Origin: Takakia lepidozioides
Lineage: Eukaryota > Plantae > Bryophyta
DNA length: 64,000 nt
NCBI GenBank assembly: GCA_030704615.1
Contig: CM060733.1
Location: 65,100,001 to 65,164,000, forward strand
Direction of reading: 5' to 3'
The position numbers were made by a program, and so were the translations under genes. This document shows, one piece after another, positions 1-12,596 of this stretch. Numbering within the stretch: the stretch's first letter is position 1; each line of letters opens with the position of its first letter. A model generated the notes under the pieces. It did not search any database. It was not told the origin of the DNA and worked only from the letters and a program-made list of their open reading frames with translations.

Positions 1-19
1 AGGCCCAACAACCCGTCGC

Positions 20-250
20 TTTGTAGTAGCGACCACCGGGGGGTCGCTTCATGGGACCGGGGGCTGAATAAGGACAACCAATATTTTCCAAGTCCGAGAC
101 AGCGACCCTAGGGTTACTGGCGCGCTCTGAAAATACTAGGTCCCCCCTCAGCAACACCCAAGTGGTCGCAACAAAATAGCGACGGGTCGGGGGCCTTTCC
201 AAAAATTTGAAGTCCCATAAAGCGACCCCTGGGGGTCGCTGTCAAGGAGC
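20..250. repeat. Cluster of AGCGACC/GGTCGCT inverted motifs, probable subterminal region of a DNA transposon
   Basis: agcgacc and ggtcgct recur in both orientations (e.g. agcgacccctgggggtcgct at ~221-240); similar gcgacc/ggtcgc motifs at 2620-2830. Confidence 0.4.
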
Positions 251-1114
251 GATGGGTTTTGGGCCTTTTAATTCAATTTTTGTGAGGACTTTTATGTATG
301 ATGGATTAAGGTCGATTTAAAAAAAAATCAAAATTAAACGACTCCTAGCTCACCCTCTCTCTGTCACCCTTGAGCTTCTTGTCCCAGCTCTCCTCTGAAC
401 TCCAATTTTAGCTTGAATTCAAGAAGAGGGTACGGTGAGGTGGGAGCTTACGTCGCCGCTCAAGGCGAGCTCGCCGGCCGGGGCAGCTCCCCCTTCCCCA
501 CTCTATCTGTCTGTTCACTCGCCCCTGGCCGCCGTCCTTGCCGTGTATGTGAGCTCTCCGCTAGGTCACGGGAGGTCGATCGGGGCCAGGGTGCTGGGCT
601 CGCTCGCCCCCAGCTGTCCTTCTCTGGCAAGTAACCCTCCCCTATCCCGCATTTTGCCTAATTCCACCCTCCCTCGTTGTGTTTGTGCATTGTTGACGCG
701 GGCGGTGGTTGCATTGCTGCAGGTCCCTTGCTCACCCCGGCTCTCCTTTCCCCAGGGGAAGTACCCTCCCCCTCCTAGCTCTGTTTTGTAAGAGGGGTAG
801 TCTAGTAAGGCTGTTGTAGCCAGCCCGGCCCAATCGGGCATTAAAGAAAATAAAAAATAAAAAATTGTTGATCGCCACCTTGCAACTCTTTCAGCGCTCT
901 TGCAGCTGATCTCTCGGCGCTCTGGCAGCTCTCTCCGCCACGTCACAGCTCTCCCGACCACCCCTACCCCGCTTTTTGCCTAACTCCATCCTCCCCCGCT
1001 CTAGTGTTTGTGCATTCTGACCCGGCTGGTGGTTGTTGCAAGTCGTGGGCACTCGGCCCGCTCACCTTGGCTCTCCTTTCCCTGGTGTTGTGCGGGTAGT
1101 GCCTTTTTAAGGAA

Positions 1115-1287
1115 CCCGCCGGGCCCGGGTTTGGGTTTTCTTTTGGAACCAAGTCCGGGTCCGGATCCGGGTTTTTGAAATTTGGAAAATCCAGGTCTGG
1201 GTTTGGGTCTGGGTTTTTCAACACGGACTCGGGTCCGGGTAGTTGTTGGGAAATATTAGCGGGTTTAGGGGTTCGGATCCGGGTCCT
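1115..1287. repeat. Low-complexity (CCGGGT/CCGGAT/TTGGGT) repeat patch
   Basis: Repeated ccgggt/ccggat/ttgggt hexamers; the NPDP-rich ORF is a by-product. Confidence 0.55.
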
Positions 1288-1325
1288 AATTAATTGATTA
1301 AGGGGGTTGGCCTAATTAATAATAT

Positions 1326-1462
1326 ATGATGCCTCCTTTGGGAGGCGTAAATTATGGTGTCACTGGACCCGAAGGGCACAACTTTGTGACACCAATCCGT
1401 GGATTGAACCCACAACCACTTTTGAGGTGTTATGTGGCCATTACCACTGGGCCACAACTTGG
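1326..1462 (-). mobile_element. tRNA-derived SINE-like element (copy 1)
   Basis: Minus strand has A-box-like TGGCCCAGTGG and B-box GGTTCAATCC; clearly similar to 24128-24288. Confidence 0.55.
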
Positions 1463-2124
1463 TGGGGGCTGGTTGCTGGAGCGGCCTATTGCTCGTCCCC
1501 TCCACACACGTTGCAAAGCCTACCACATCTAAGGTGGACCTGGGAAGACAGAATCCTTGGTCGAATTTCCGCATCACCTTGCAACTATACTTAGGTGTAT
1601 TATTGCAAAACTCAGGAACATTAGATGTCTTAAGTAATTACAACCATACTGCGCCGACACAGTACCTCATATAGCCCCTCGTGCACAAATTCAAACTATC
1701 TGTAGTGTCCAAGGCAAGGCTTGAAATGAGAAGTGTATCAAGGTCGGTTGTTTTATTCCAGGACTAAGACTGTCGCCGATCTAGAAACCATGTATAACTA
1801 ATATCCTCGCATCAAGGGCATGATGTTGTCTTGGAAGATGTGAAAAAATTCTTGCATAATAGTGCCTCAAATACACAATCTCTGTGCCCCGCAACCCACA
1901 ATCTCTGTTGCTCTGTTGGTCTCTATTAGTCTGGAAGCCTCACAGTCCACCATTTTAGGATGATTGACTCCTTGTCCCGAGCTTGCATTGCAGCGGCCAT
2001 GGCCGGTCGCTTCAACAGTCGCCCATAGAAACAAAATACTAGGCGACGGCTTCATCGGTCCCCGTTTAAACAGAGCACAGACCGCCAGCGCGATTTTAGG
2101 GCGATACCACAACAATAGTGTCAG

Positions 2125-2375
2125 TACTCAATGACAGACTATACCGTTACTTTAGTATGAAACATGGGACCGATTTCCAGGTGATACCTCTGCAAGGATG
2201 TATGTTGTGAGTGACGGACTATGCCTCTACTGTGTCCATGAAACCGCGATCTGAATTTAGGGTGATACCTCTACAGTGATGTAAGCAGTGAATGACAGAC
2301 TATACCTTTAGTAGTGTATGAAACAGGGCAGCGACTTGCAAGTGATACCTCTGCAAGGATGTACGCTGCGAGTGA
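2125..2375. repeat. Degenerate tandem repeat (gactatacc / gtgatacctct units)
   Basis: gtgatacctct at ~2181, 2262 and 2342; gactat(a/g)cc at ~2137, 2217 and 2297. Confidence 0.5.
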
Positions 2376-3055
2376 CCTCCTTTGGCTCCAATGTCACAAC
2401 GGGCGACTGCCGAAGCATACCGCCGCTACTTCAGTAACATGGGCAACCCCCTCAGCGGTCCGGCCCAACGGTCTAGATCGGCGGTCCGCGGTCAGACTCA
2501 CGGGTCGTCCAGTTTGACAAGAAAAATGGGTGAACGACTAAGCGGTTGTCTGTCCGGTCCAGAAGGACATGGTGCCCCTGAACTCGAAAACCCCACCGTG
2601 GCGGTCAGTGGATATGAGAAGGGCGGTCGCCTCAGGCAGAAACCCTCTTCATGGGCGACGGCTGAGACGGTAATCTCGGCGATGGCTGAGGCGGTCGCCT
2701 TTGTACATGAAATTACTGGGCGACGGTTGTAGCGGCCCCCATTTAAAAACAACACTGGGAGTGGGCTGGGCGACCGGATATAGCGGTCGGCAGTAGCAGC
2801 GGTCGCCTTAGCGGCACCATGGGCGACCACCGCAACACACACTATTTTGAGACGAGACAATACCTCTACATGAATATAGGATAATTTTAACATGGGTCTA
2901 AGTTACTTCAATGAGGTGCAGAGTCGCAATTGGATATCCCGGGAAATAAAATAATCATGTATGGCATGACATATACATGGACATGGGAATCCATCGATAT
3001 GACAATATGATATGATATGTATAACTTGACCATATAATGAATGCCTCCTAGAAAT

Positions 3056-3420
3056 GAACAAGTAGGTTGTTGGGAACAAGTGGGGTGTTGGGAACAAATA
3101 GGTTGTTAACAAGTGGGTTGTTCGGAACAAGTAGGTTGTTATTAAGTACTAGGGTAGCCTGTGCCGTTGGCCCAAGTGTCACTGTCATCTAATTAAGCCC
3201 AAGTCCAAGTGCATCTCCTATGTCGAGGCCCAAGTGCGACCTCTAGGGTAGCTTGTGCCTTTGGCCCATGTGTGAAGAATTGAAATGTAAGACCAAGTGT
3301 GATTTCCTATGTATCCCAATGCGTCTCCTATCTCAAGGCCCATCTAAGCCCAAGTGCATCTCTCGTGTAGAGGCCCAAGTGTATCCAAGTGCGTCTCCTA
3401 TGTAGAGGCCGAAGTGCGAC
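3056..3420. repeat. Two adjacent minisatellite-like arrays (gaacaagtRggttgtt ~18 bp; gcccaagtg..tctccta)
   Basis: Direct repeats visible at 3056-3140 and 3170-3420. Confidence 0.6.
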
Positions 3421-4424
3421 CTGAACGAACTTGAAATTTGTGTTAGCCGTATTTCATCATATTTTTTTCCAGAGAGCCTAGGACCAGATTTGTTCCCTTT
3501 ATATCTTTCCTGTCGAGGCTCCCACCATTGTCCCAGGAATGCCCACTTTCCTATTTTTCGGGAATTGCCAGCGACCAAAAGTACTTGAAATTCAACATCT
3601 CCTACACCGCATGTCCAAAAATCATGAGACCAAGTCGGTGCACCCCTCCTCATCGAGGGCTTTCCAACGGTTCCAAGCACCAAGGCGGGGACCCACGGTT
3701 TTGGACATCTCAAATCTACAAAACCAACGTCTCGATTTATATATTGACTAGGACCTACTTGTTCCGAACAAGTGGGTTGTTAACAAGTATGAAAGCATAT
3801 TTGGAAGATGCTTTAAAGAGAAGCATATTTTGGAAGATGCTTTGAATTGATGATAGGGTTGTGACAGGGACAGCTAAAGGGCGGGACAGGGACAGGGTCT
3901 GTGGCCGAAAAGTATTCAATACTATTTTTCCATCGATATTTCATGGCCGTCGAACTCTGCCAGTCGACGGCCTCCAACTCTAGAGTGTTTTGACGGGGCC
4001 CACAGCCGTCGACTGCTCCTCAGTCAGCGAACGGACTAGGCCTGGCCACGCTTACTCGGGCCCGGGTTTCGCCGCCGCCTATCGGACAGTTTCGCCATCC
4101 GTCCATGTCAACGATCGCGTGTGTCCCTCTCGACTCTCTCTTCAACGCATTTCTCGACACTTCTCTAGACTTCCGCTTCCGCCACGTGTCACGCTCCCCC
4201 ATTTCTTCGGACATCATCCACTAGATGATGCGATGTATCATCCATAGCGATGCAATTGGGGTGGATGGGCATATTCGTGACCGCAGTGAAAGAAGTGACG
4301 CAATCGGGGTAAAGTGCAAGTTAGATATTGTTCAAGCCCCCTTCATCTCTCTCTTTATGTCAAAACCATTTTATTCATTCTGCCCCAAAAGTTTCGCAAC
4401 ATCATATGTTCTTGTTATATTTAA

Positions 4425-4687
4425 CCCCTAATGGACGAGGCGACCCGTTTCGGGTCAGGGTCGCATCAGAAATCATCCACAATGACAAATCGTTGGATGA
4501 CCTTGGATGAAAAAACTTTCTGAACGAAAGTTGTGCACCTTTTCGCAGAAGCTGGATGAAGTAGGTAACCTCCCATTCATACTGTTCATCCCTGTGGATG
4601 TCAGTTTCCTGAGAGATATACCCTCATCTGTGAGGGTATGTCCTGTTTTGGAGGGGGCCCACCGAAAACTGCCTTGTCCATTAGGGG
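4425..4687. mobile_element. piggyBac-like MITE, 263 bp
   Basis: TIR CCCCTAATGGACRAGGC at both ends; flanked by TTAA (4421-4424) and TCAA (4688-4691). Confidence 0.65.
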
Positions 4688-4726
4688 TCAACTATTTTTT
4701 CTTGAAAATAGGAAAATAGGACCAAC

Positions 4727-4927
4727 GGTCGGTAGCTCAGTTGGTTAGTGCACTGAGTGCCACCCATATGATTCTGGGTCAAATCCTGCTGACGGGTATG
4801 GTATATTATTCTCCCCTTCCTTTGGGTGGTGTCCCATTTCTACGCCTTCATGGCGAGGCTACGGTGAAAGAGGTTATTGATTTGTGAGTTGTTGCTCCGA
4901 GGTGTTTCCCTTTATTTTAAAAAAAAA
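4727..4927 (+). mobile_element. tRNA-derived SINE
   Basis: A box TAGCTCAGTTGG (4733-4744), B-box-like GGTCAAATCC (~4777-4786), unrelated body, A-tail at ~4919-4927. Confidence 0.6.
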
Positions 4928-5809
4928 GGGTTTGAGGGTAGGTTATTTTTTCCATGAATCTCTTTAGTAAGCAGAATTCGAGCCCCAAATCGTGGGCTAA
5001 GCTTTATGTTTACTGTCCAGCTGATCTACCGGCTTCTGATGACATACCGTCTTGTGTTATGAACTACATCTGTATCTTAAATAAATAAAATTAACACGAT
5101 ATTACAAGAAAAACACTCCAAAACATGATGTCCCAAAGCAAACCCAAAGCCGAGTTGCAAAAGAATTGAGGCTAGATCCGAAAGATCTGCACCGTTGGAT
5201 GTGGGGGGCTGTTATCGAATTTGATAGTTGACCGCACAGGGGGAGAAGTTTATTTTGTTACTGCGTTCGAATCGCGGGTTACAATGCAGCTGTAGGCTGC
5301 CATGTGGACAGATCTGGCTTGGCGATTAGTCATCGCGCGTGGACCACCGTTGATCGTTACGGAGCGGGGAACCTCTGCGGCTGCGCCGCACATGGCTTCG
5401 CAAATGGGAGATTTATATCCAATCAAGAGGGTGCCACCTGGTGAGGATGTCTGCGCCCATGGCCCACCCGAGTAGGCCTCCGGTAAATCGAGCATTTGAG
5501 GCCAAAAGTGACGAGCTAGTATATAGTAACTAGTAATAAGTAAGTTGTAAGGTGCAAGTTGCGCAGAAATGGCGGCGCGGCGCCCGGGCCCGCCCCCGTC
5601 CACTTGCAGCTTACCCCGGGGTTACTTGACTCTTACCCAACCTGGAGTAAGTGACGGCTACAAAGAGTGGAGACACCGTGGCAGGGTATTTGTGGATACG
5701 AAATTTGTTTTGGACTCCCATTCGCTGGAAACGGAGGTATCGAAGGGGTCGTCCTACGAGGGCGCATTTTGGAGGCGCAGTTGCCGATGTGGCACAGAGT
5801 GCGGCATCT

Positions 5810-5840
5810 GGATATTATAAATATCGGGAGATTATAAAAT
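5810..5840 (+). promoter_or_regulatory. Candidate TATA boxes of the DOG1-like gene
   Basis: TATAAA at ~5816 and ~5833, upstream of a CT-rich leader and a 5'UTR intron. Confidence 0.35.
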
Positions 5841-6071
5841 ATTCTTGCCTGTTTTGGAAGAGTAACTGGGTTTTACTGTGCCTCGCTCGCAACGCAAAAC
5901 CGAGAGCGAGCGAGGGCTGCTGCTGCGTTCACTGAAGCTTCCAGACACACAGACTGCTGCTCTCTCTTTCGTTCTATCTAGCGAAGAACACGGCGTGTCT
6001 GGTCGCTCTGCAGGAGCGGCGTGGTTTGTGAGGGTAGAAGGAATTCATTGATCCTCGGTTCGCCATCTGCT

Positions 6072-6649
6072 GTGAGTTGTATGCGCCTTTTCATTCTTCC
6101 TTTCTGCTGTGCTTTGTGACTGCACTTGTGTGTCCAAAGGAACGTATCGACTTTCTCAGGTGGTCGTTTCTTTTCGGCTTGATGGTGCGGAGGGCATTGT
6201 AGGTTCTGTGAGGCGAACGAAATAATCGTGCGAGTCAGGGTAGGAAGTGACGATCGCGTAAGCTGGTGGGTTTTCCTGACAGGTACGCATTTGTCCTGTA
6301 TCGTTTGAACAAAAGTCGCATTAATTTACTTTTGTATGCCCCATGCCTTTGTCTTTTTCTGAACAACGAAATGCTCGTCGCATTTGAAGAGGGATGTTCT
6401 CAGAATTCTGATAGGAGGGGACTACGCCCTTCAAAAATGTCTCACAGTTTTCCAGTCATGGCTTTAGAGCACTCTACTTGAGAGATGGCTGCAGATCGAA
6501 GATGAATGATGTACGAGGATCTGCTCATAGTAAAGAGTCTGTGCACTGGGTATTGGCGGGTTATAAATCTTGAGCACCTTCATGAACACTTGAAGTCATT
6601 TTGTGGTGGCCGCTGACTTTCACCTTGCCATCGGTGCATTTTGCGGCAG
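6072..6649 (+). other. Probable 5'UTR intron of the DOG1-like gene
   Basis: GTGAGT donor at 6072, T-rich body, ttttgcggcAG acceptor at 6649. Confidence 0.55.
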
Positions 6650-6907
6650 GTTTGTCTGAGGGGTTCTCATGTCAATTGGAGTAAGTTTCTCAGTGATCCG
6701 TCAAGGCATCCACAAGTTGTACGAGTAACTGAAAATGAAGTTGGACTCCATTCTTCCTTCTTAGTGTCGGCAAGGACAGACTTATATATATTCAAACGGG
6801 AGGTCGGGGAGACAGAGTATCACTTTCTTCATATCGTACTTGGTTACTTCATTACAGGCGGGGAGGAGAGCACATCTGTAAACTTCCCCTCTCTCCTCCA
6901 TTGACTA

Positions 6908-7648
6908 ATGTCGCCTATTATGGGTCCTAATGACGAGAGGTATGAAGTCTTTTATTCAAACTGGGTAAGAGTGCAAGAGGAGCAGCTTGACGAGCTTCGT
7001 TCCGCACTGGATAGTGATATTCGGGCGGAGGAGTTGAAGAGGATGATTCAGAAAGTGCTTAAGCACTATGAGAATTACTACGAAGCCAAGGATGGCGCTG
7101 CACGGCAGGATGTATTGAAGATATTGCAGCCTTCATGGAGGAGTCCTCTGGAAAAAGCATTCATGTTCATTGGTGGTTGGCGGCCAACTATGGTATTCAA
7201 CCTAGCATTCGCGCAGGCAGGGCAACAGATTGAATCCGAATTGGCTGAGTTTCTGGATGGGATCGATACCCCTACGATGGCGTCCCTGTCCTCGAAGCAA
7301 CTCATGCGGATGAATGACTTGCAAGCCACAACACGAAAGACGGAAGACGATTTGGAACATCGGATGGCTGTGTTGCACCAAGGCATAGCGGACCAGCCAC
7401 TGCTCGCTCTTGCACAGGTTGAGGTGGGCGGGGACGGGGACAACAGTGCTGGCGTGGACGGTGCGTTCGATGACAAATTAAAAGGATTGGAGGATCTGTT
7501 GATCGATGCTGACAAGCTGCGCTGCGAAACTCTGAAGGGCATGCTCGATATTCTTACTTCAGTTCAAGCGGCGCAGTATCTGGTAGCAGGTGCTCAGATT
7601 CAGGTGGCCATTAGAAAATCTGGCGAGCGGAGGAATGGTGTGAGTTGA
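6908..7648 (+). CDS. DOG1-domain protein (DELAY OF GERMINATION1-like), 246 aa, intact, CDS intronless
   Basis: Motifs FYSNW...HYENYYEAK...DVLKILQPSWRSPLEKAFMFIGGWRP...ADKLRCETL...ILTSVQAAQYL match the DOG1 family; no bZIP region. Confidence 0.9.
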   Translation: MSPIMGPNDERYEVFYSNWVRVQEEQLDELRSALDSDIRAEELKRMIQKVLKHYENYYEAKDGAARQDVLKILQPSWRSPLEKAFMFIGGWRPTMVFNLAFAQAGQQIESELAEFLDGIDTPTMASLSSKQLMRMNDLQATTRKTEDDLEHRMAVLHQGIADQPLLALAQVEVGGDGDNSAGVDGAFDDKLKGLEDLLIDADKLRCETLKGMLDILTSVQAAQYLVAGAQIQVAIRKSGERRNGVS

Positions 7649-10565
7649 CCAGACTGATCTCTACAGTTCAGCATTGGTCTTGCCATTAAGCTACAATTTG
7701 GGGCAGGGATGGAACAGGCTCAGGTCCTCTGAAAGAGGGTTACGTCAAGTACACAGTAGATGTGGTGATGGACATTGCATTCCCTCCGCCCATGCCGCCG
7801 GTTTGGATGACAAATTTGAGTTCCTCGACCATCTGTGTTGCACAGATTCTCCTCAGCGTTCTAGAGAAGTTTTGCAAAGATTTCCTTTATAGTATCTATG
7901 GCTGAATGTGCACAACACTTTTGAGTCAATTAAGTTCGTATTCTTGTGCTGGGCATCATGGTGCTTCAGTTTCCTTTTCAGTGTAGCCGGGGGTCTCTTC
8001 TGTTTCACAGCATTAAAGCAGGTCTGTGTGCGATGGAATGCTCTGTTCATTTGGCAATTTTTCAGATTCTTACCCCTAAAAGAAAATGTTAACCAGGTCT
8101 GCGTTGTTTGTTTGAAATCTGATTATTGAGCAGAACTGTCATGGTATGTATATCCATGTGTGCTTCATGTCGTCTGAATGAACTTCACTGGCATTTTCAC
8201 TAGGGGTCCAGTATTAGGGGGGGTGGGGGGGTAAGGATTGCAGGATGAGACCTTCGAAGGTGAAAGGTGAGTTTGACTACCAGTGCTGAGTAGGATCAAG
8301 CGCTCTCGGTCTCTTCACAGTTGATCAATACTAGAAGTACGGGCTACGTTCATGGGTGTTGGAGGGGCGTCATATCATGGTGGGGCGGGCGGAGGCTCGA
8401 GCACAAAGCAACAACCGCCCTAGGTAGACATCAATTGAGCTGCGTTGCGATGCGTGTAGCTTTCATGCAAGGGCTCGCCGAGCTGCGATAAAAAAACATA
8501 GCCTGAAATGTTGTTGATCGAGTAAGTAGCTGATATTGTAGGTGAAGACAGTAGAGCAGTGCGCGAGGCACACAACACAAACAGACGTGCGTGGGTAGCT
8601 TTGCAGGCCTGGTTTTGCTTTTCATGCGACTCACAAACAACAAATTGTACTATGGCTTTGTACACATACTTTGACAGACGTGTCGTCAATATTTATACTT
8701 CCGAGTCTTTACATTACAAAGAAATTGTGATTGTCGGACGCTCAATTACTACCCATTGTCACTTTCATGAGTGGCTATATCAAAATATTTCAGCTCTGAT
8801 AAGGTTTTTGAAGGTGACCAGTGGCATTTGGCCCACCTTCTGTATCCTGAATAGAGTGTGCACCAAACGCTATCAGTTGAACCCTGCAAAAAATCTGTCC
8901 CATATCTATATAGCGTATAGCTCATGATGAAATGATGGTCATTTCGAAATTCGATATGAATTTAAAATGAGAAAATACAATCGTATGGATCATGGTATCA
9001 TAATCATGAAGGTTCACAAACGATGCTTACTACATAAGAACCAAAGTTTGTGGAAGAAGTGAGGAGATGACAGTATTGCAGCACTCGAGGGCAGTGTGCA
9101 AGCAATGCAAGTCGGTGACCCCTTAGAACCAAATCGATTGTGAAGAAAGAGACGCTACTAGTGCCTGCACTTTGCTACTTCTCATTGAATTATTTCTCAT
9201 ATCCGTAAGGAGTGGTACGTTCTAACTTCTAACTAATTCTGGGATCCCCTGTGAAAATGAATGAGCACAACTAGTAATTACTACAAATAATGCTCGAACG
9301 AGATTACTGGCATCTGCACCACCATCTGAACAATAGTTAGATGGAAAAAGCTGCAGTGGCAAGCAGCTGTGATTACCACTTTGGTACACTGTCAACCTGT
9401 TTTAGAGTCGCTGAGTTTTGGGTGCGAATTATGAATGGTTCACGTTTTTGTCTCTTGAGAATATGCTATAGTCTTCAAGGTAATTCACATACCCAACTTG
9501 TAGACTCTTGATCTACTACCTATGGCAGCTGGATGTCTGCTGTCCTCCATCTATGGCAGTCAGCTGATCAACCACGGCCAGCATATGTGCAGACTGCAGA
9601 CCTCTCTCCAAGTAGTTAATTCTAATCAGAGCACCCAATTATCTGGAATCTAGCACATGTTCGATAGCGTCCCAACATTTCCATAACTTCAACATCTGAT
9701 CTAGAACTAGTTCATATAAAAAAAAAACTCAAGAAAACTTGAGTCCACCTCCCAAAAACTCCTGGTCATCGACCTTCTCGATGGCCTCCGGATTGATCAG
9801 TCCAAATGGATGTTTTTATCTATTCTCTAATGGTGGGATTAGGTTCAGGTTCCAAAAAAGGATTAGATCAGTGGGCCAAGATGGTCTGGTCACACCTTCT
9901 TTTCCCTACTCATCGAAGTTCTCTTCCAAAACTGTTGGGAAGAAAGGGGGAGAGGGAACAAGCAAACTCATAGAGTGCAGTACAAGAAACGGTTGTATGC
10001 TACCTTGGGGAAAGATAAATTGCTCCTAAATAAGAAGAATCTATTGATTCTCCTCCAATTGGATAATATCAATAATATTGTAGGTGCCAGAATTTATTTC
10101 ATGGGCGAAGTCATTGGTTCAAATCCAGGATAGCCCAGCTGCGCCCAAGACAAAACATCTGATTTGTTCATGCATGCTTCACTTGGCCAGCTTGGGTAAA
10201 CAACCAACGAGCGTAAAGTCAATCATTATACTGAACAGAAAACATAAAAATAGTAGAGAAAATCTGTCAAATACTGACATGTCCTCAAATCAGTACTCAC
10301 CTCATTTGGGTATGTTGTAAAGCTTTTCAGCCATGAAAGATCGCATGCCCAGCCCTTTGTTGAAATACGCCAGTCTCATTGTGCACTACTATGAAGCCTC
10401 ATTTTGTGGGGGGATTTGACGATCCTCTCCAGGCACATTTAAATTAGGGGTGCGTAACTCAAGAAAAGGCGTGCTTTGCTGTAGCAGTGTAAGAGGCACG
10501 CGTAGAGGAGCACAACATACAACATATGAACGTCAAGCATGCACACAGCAAAACATCCAAAGCTC

Positions 10566-11287
10566 TGTCACGATCCTGTCCGCCAGGTTGTACATACGAA
10601 AAGAGAGCCGCTTTACTCTAGGTCAGATCGACCATATACCCAGAACCATGGGTTGGGATGATCCCCCACGTGGCGGCATGCCACGGGCGGGTCAGATTAC
10701 AAATGTATCCTATCCATTGAGTAATGAAGGGCCCCGATGTGGCCACCCCATGCCAGGATTAGCTCGAACATAGTATGAGTCAGGAGGTATACGGCCTCTC
10801 GCCGTCTATACTAAAGGCACATGTTGAACACCTGACAGAAATAAATGAATAAGGGGAATGTGGGGCCAGGACATAATGCGGCATAACAAATGTGAAGCCT
10901 TCCCCTTCCCTCAAAGACCCGAGCCCCGCGAGATAAAAAAAAATACAAGGAATTCACCCCGCCATAATGTTCCCCAACGTCGCAGGATGAAAAACCTTTA
11001 ATGGGGAAATCCTTTTGGGATAAAACCCATGCAAAGGAAAACCTTACGCGTGTGGACATGTTGGAACATCATGCTAATCTAAAAACTAGACTACAAGAAC
11101 AACTAAGGAAGAATACTAGAAGAGAGAGATTACAAAATATGTTTAAGTCCAAAGCAAGACTCCTACAAAACCGAAGCCTCCAAAGCACTTGCACTGCGAG
11201 GAGTGAGCTCCCACCACCCTTCCTTCTACATTGATGCAAGTCAAGTCAAAAACCAACTCAGAATGAATCAAATCCGTGAGTGCCACA
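10566..11287. mobile_element. Possible solo LTR
   Basis: Starts TGTCAC and ends GCCACA; flanks agctc/ggttc could be a decayed 5-bp TSD; boundaries uncertain. Confidence 0.35.
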
Positions 11288-11364
11288 GGTTCGAGGTCGT
11301 GCTCTTGAGTATTATGCCCAGGTGGCAAGATCAACGCAAGGGCGTCGATCTTCAGCTTAGACTT

Positions 11365-11896
11365 ACTTTCTTCTCTTCGGCCGAGAGCCAGATTTGCCTG
11401 CATCTATTCGCAGGAAGGCTGCAGTAGTCATTGCCCTTGATGATCCGGATGTATGGACACAAGCGTGTGACCAGTGGGCAGAGTTGTGTAAGAGAGTCAT
11501 GCCTATGGCTTTTGATAACCTTGCTATTGCCCAACATCGAGACACATTGAGGTATGTCACCATACGTGGAGGCGAATATCGACCGGGTATTCGAAGATTC
11601 AACCCTGGGGACTATGTGTATCTGCAGCAGACAACACCTACAACCTTGGATGTCACAGCAGGGCGTGTGATTCTACGGGTAAAGGAGGTCTTGCCTTCAG
11701 GAGTGTTGATTCTGGAGGGTCGAGATGGCATGATATGGAAGGACCATGTGCGTAATTGTGCGTCATGTCACCTTTCTCATATGGATGGGAGGATAGATCC
11801 CAAGCAGTGGTACCTGCAGGGTTGCGTTGCATGCTATGTGGGCATGTTGGTGGTGCAGCCACCATGCTGGTGTGTGATAAATGCTCAAGGGGGGGG
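11365..11896 (+). pseudogene. Ty3/gypsy pol C-terminus (integrase tail plus first half of a PHD finger)
   Basis: FLLFGREPDLP...AQHRDTLRY...FNPGDYVYL; after a frameshift CMLCG...MLVCDKCSRG, interrupted at 11897. Confidence 0.8.
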
Positions 11897-12114
11897 CACC
11901 AGGGATGCCTCGGCGTGAGCCTGGTCACGTGAACGCGTGAGCGCAACTGCGCTCACGCCACGTCACCTTGCGCAAATGCCACGTCACGGGGCTCACTCCA
12001 CGTCATCACACGTGAAGGCGCGTCACCACGCGCCCAGAAAGAAGTGGAGTGTATTCCCGCGGATTGGCACCCTTTACCGCGGAAACAAGCTGGACGACAT
12101 AATAAAAGGCATTG

Positions 12115-12470
12115 AATAAAGGATGGATGAATGTACAGTTGGATGATAAACAGATGGATCGGTGTGAAAAATGAATGTAGATGGATGAATGAGGGATGGA
12201 TAAGAGTAAAATGGATGAATGTATAATGGATGTTGAGCAATGACAAAAATTCATGACAGGAAGATGCATGACCAAATCTTTTGACGAATGCACCTCGTAT
12301 ATGAAATGAGTGTGGAAGGTTTGTGGGGTGGATTAAAGAGTACAGAGGATGAATGTACAATGGATGTTGTACAAAGGAAAAAATTCATGAATGGAGCACG
12401 CATGAATACAGTGTAGATGAATGCACAATGGATATGAGAAGAGTCAGGGAGGTTTGTGAGATGGATTCAT
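12115..12470 (+). repeat. GGATGAATG-rich degenerate repeat inside the left arm of the transposon
   Basis: Multiple ggatgaatg / gatggat motifs. Confidence 0.55.
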
Positions 12471-12596
12471 ACATATTGCAATTTAAACGAAAGGTGATTC
12501 TGTGATTATTATTTGTTCTAAAGGAACAACTACGGTGGAGGAAGGGGATTCAACGTTTTCCAGATAATATGAAAATGAATATTAAAAGAATACAGT

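Noticed and set aside
4727-4800. Functional tRNA gene
   Set aside because: A and B boxes are present but there is no convincing cloverleaf, and it runs into an unrelated body with an A-tail, so it is a SINE.
7900-10500. Short ORFs downstream of the DOG1-like gene
   Set aside because: No recognisable domains; consistent with 3'UTR and intergenic DNA.
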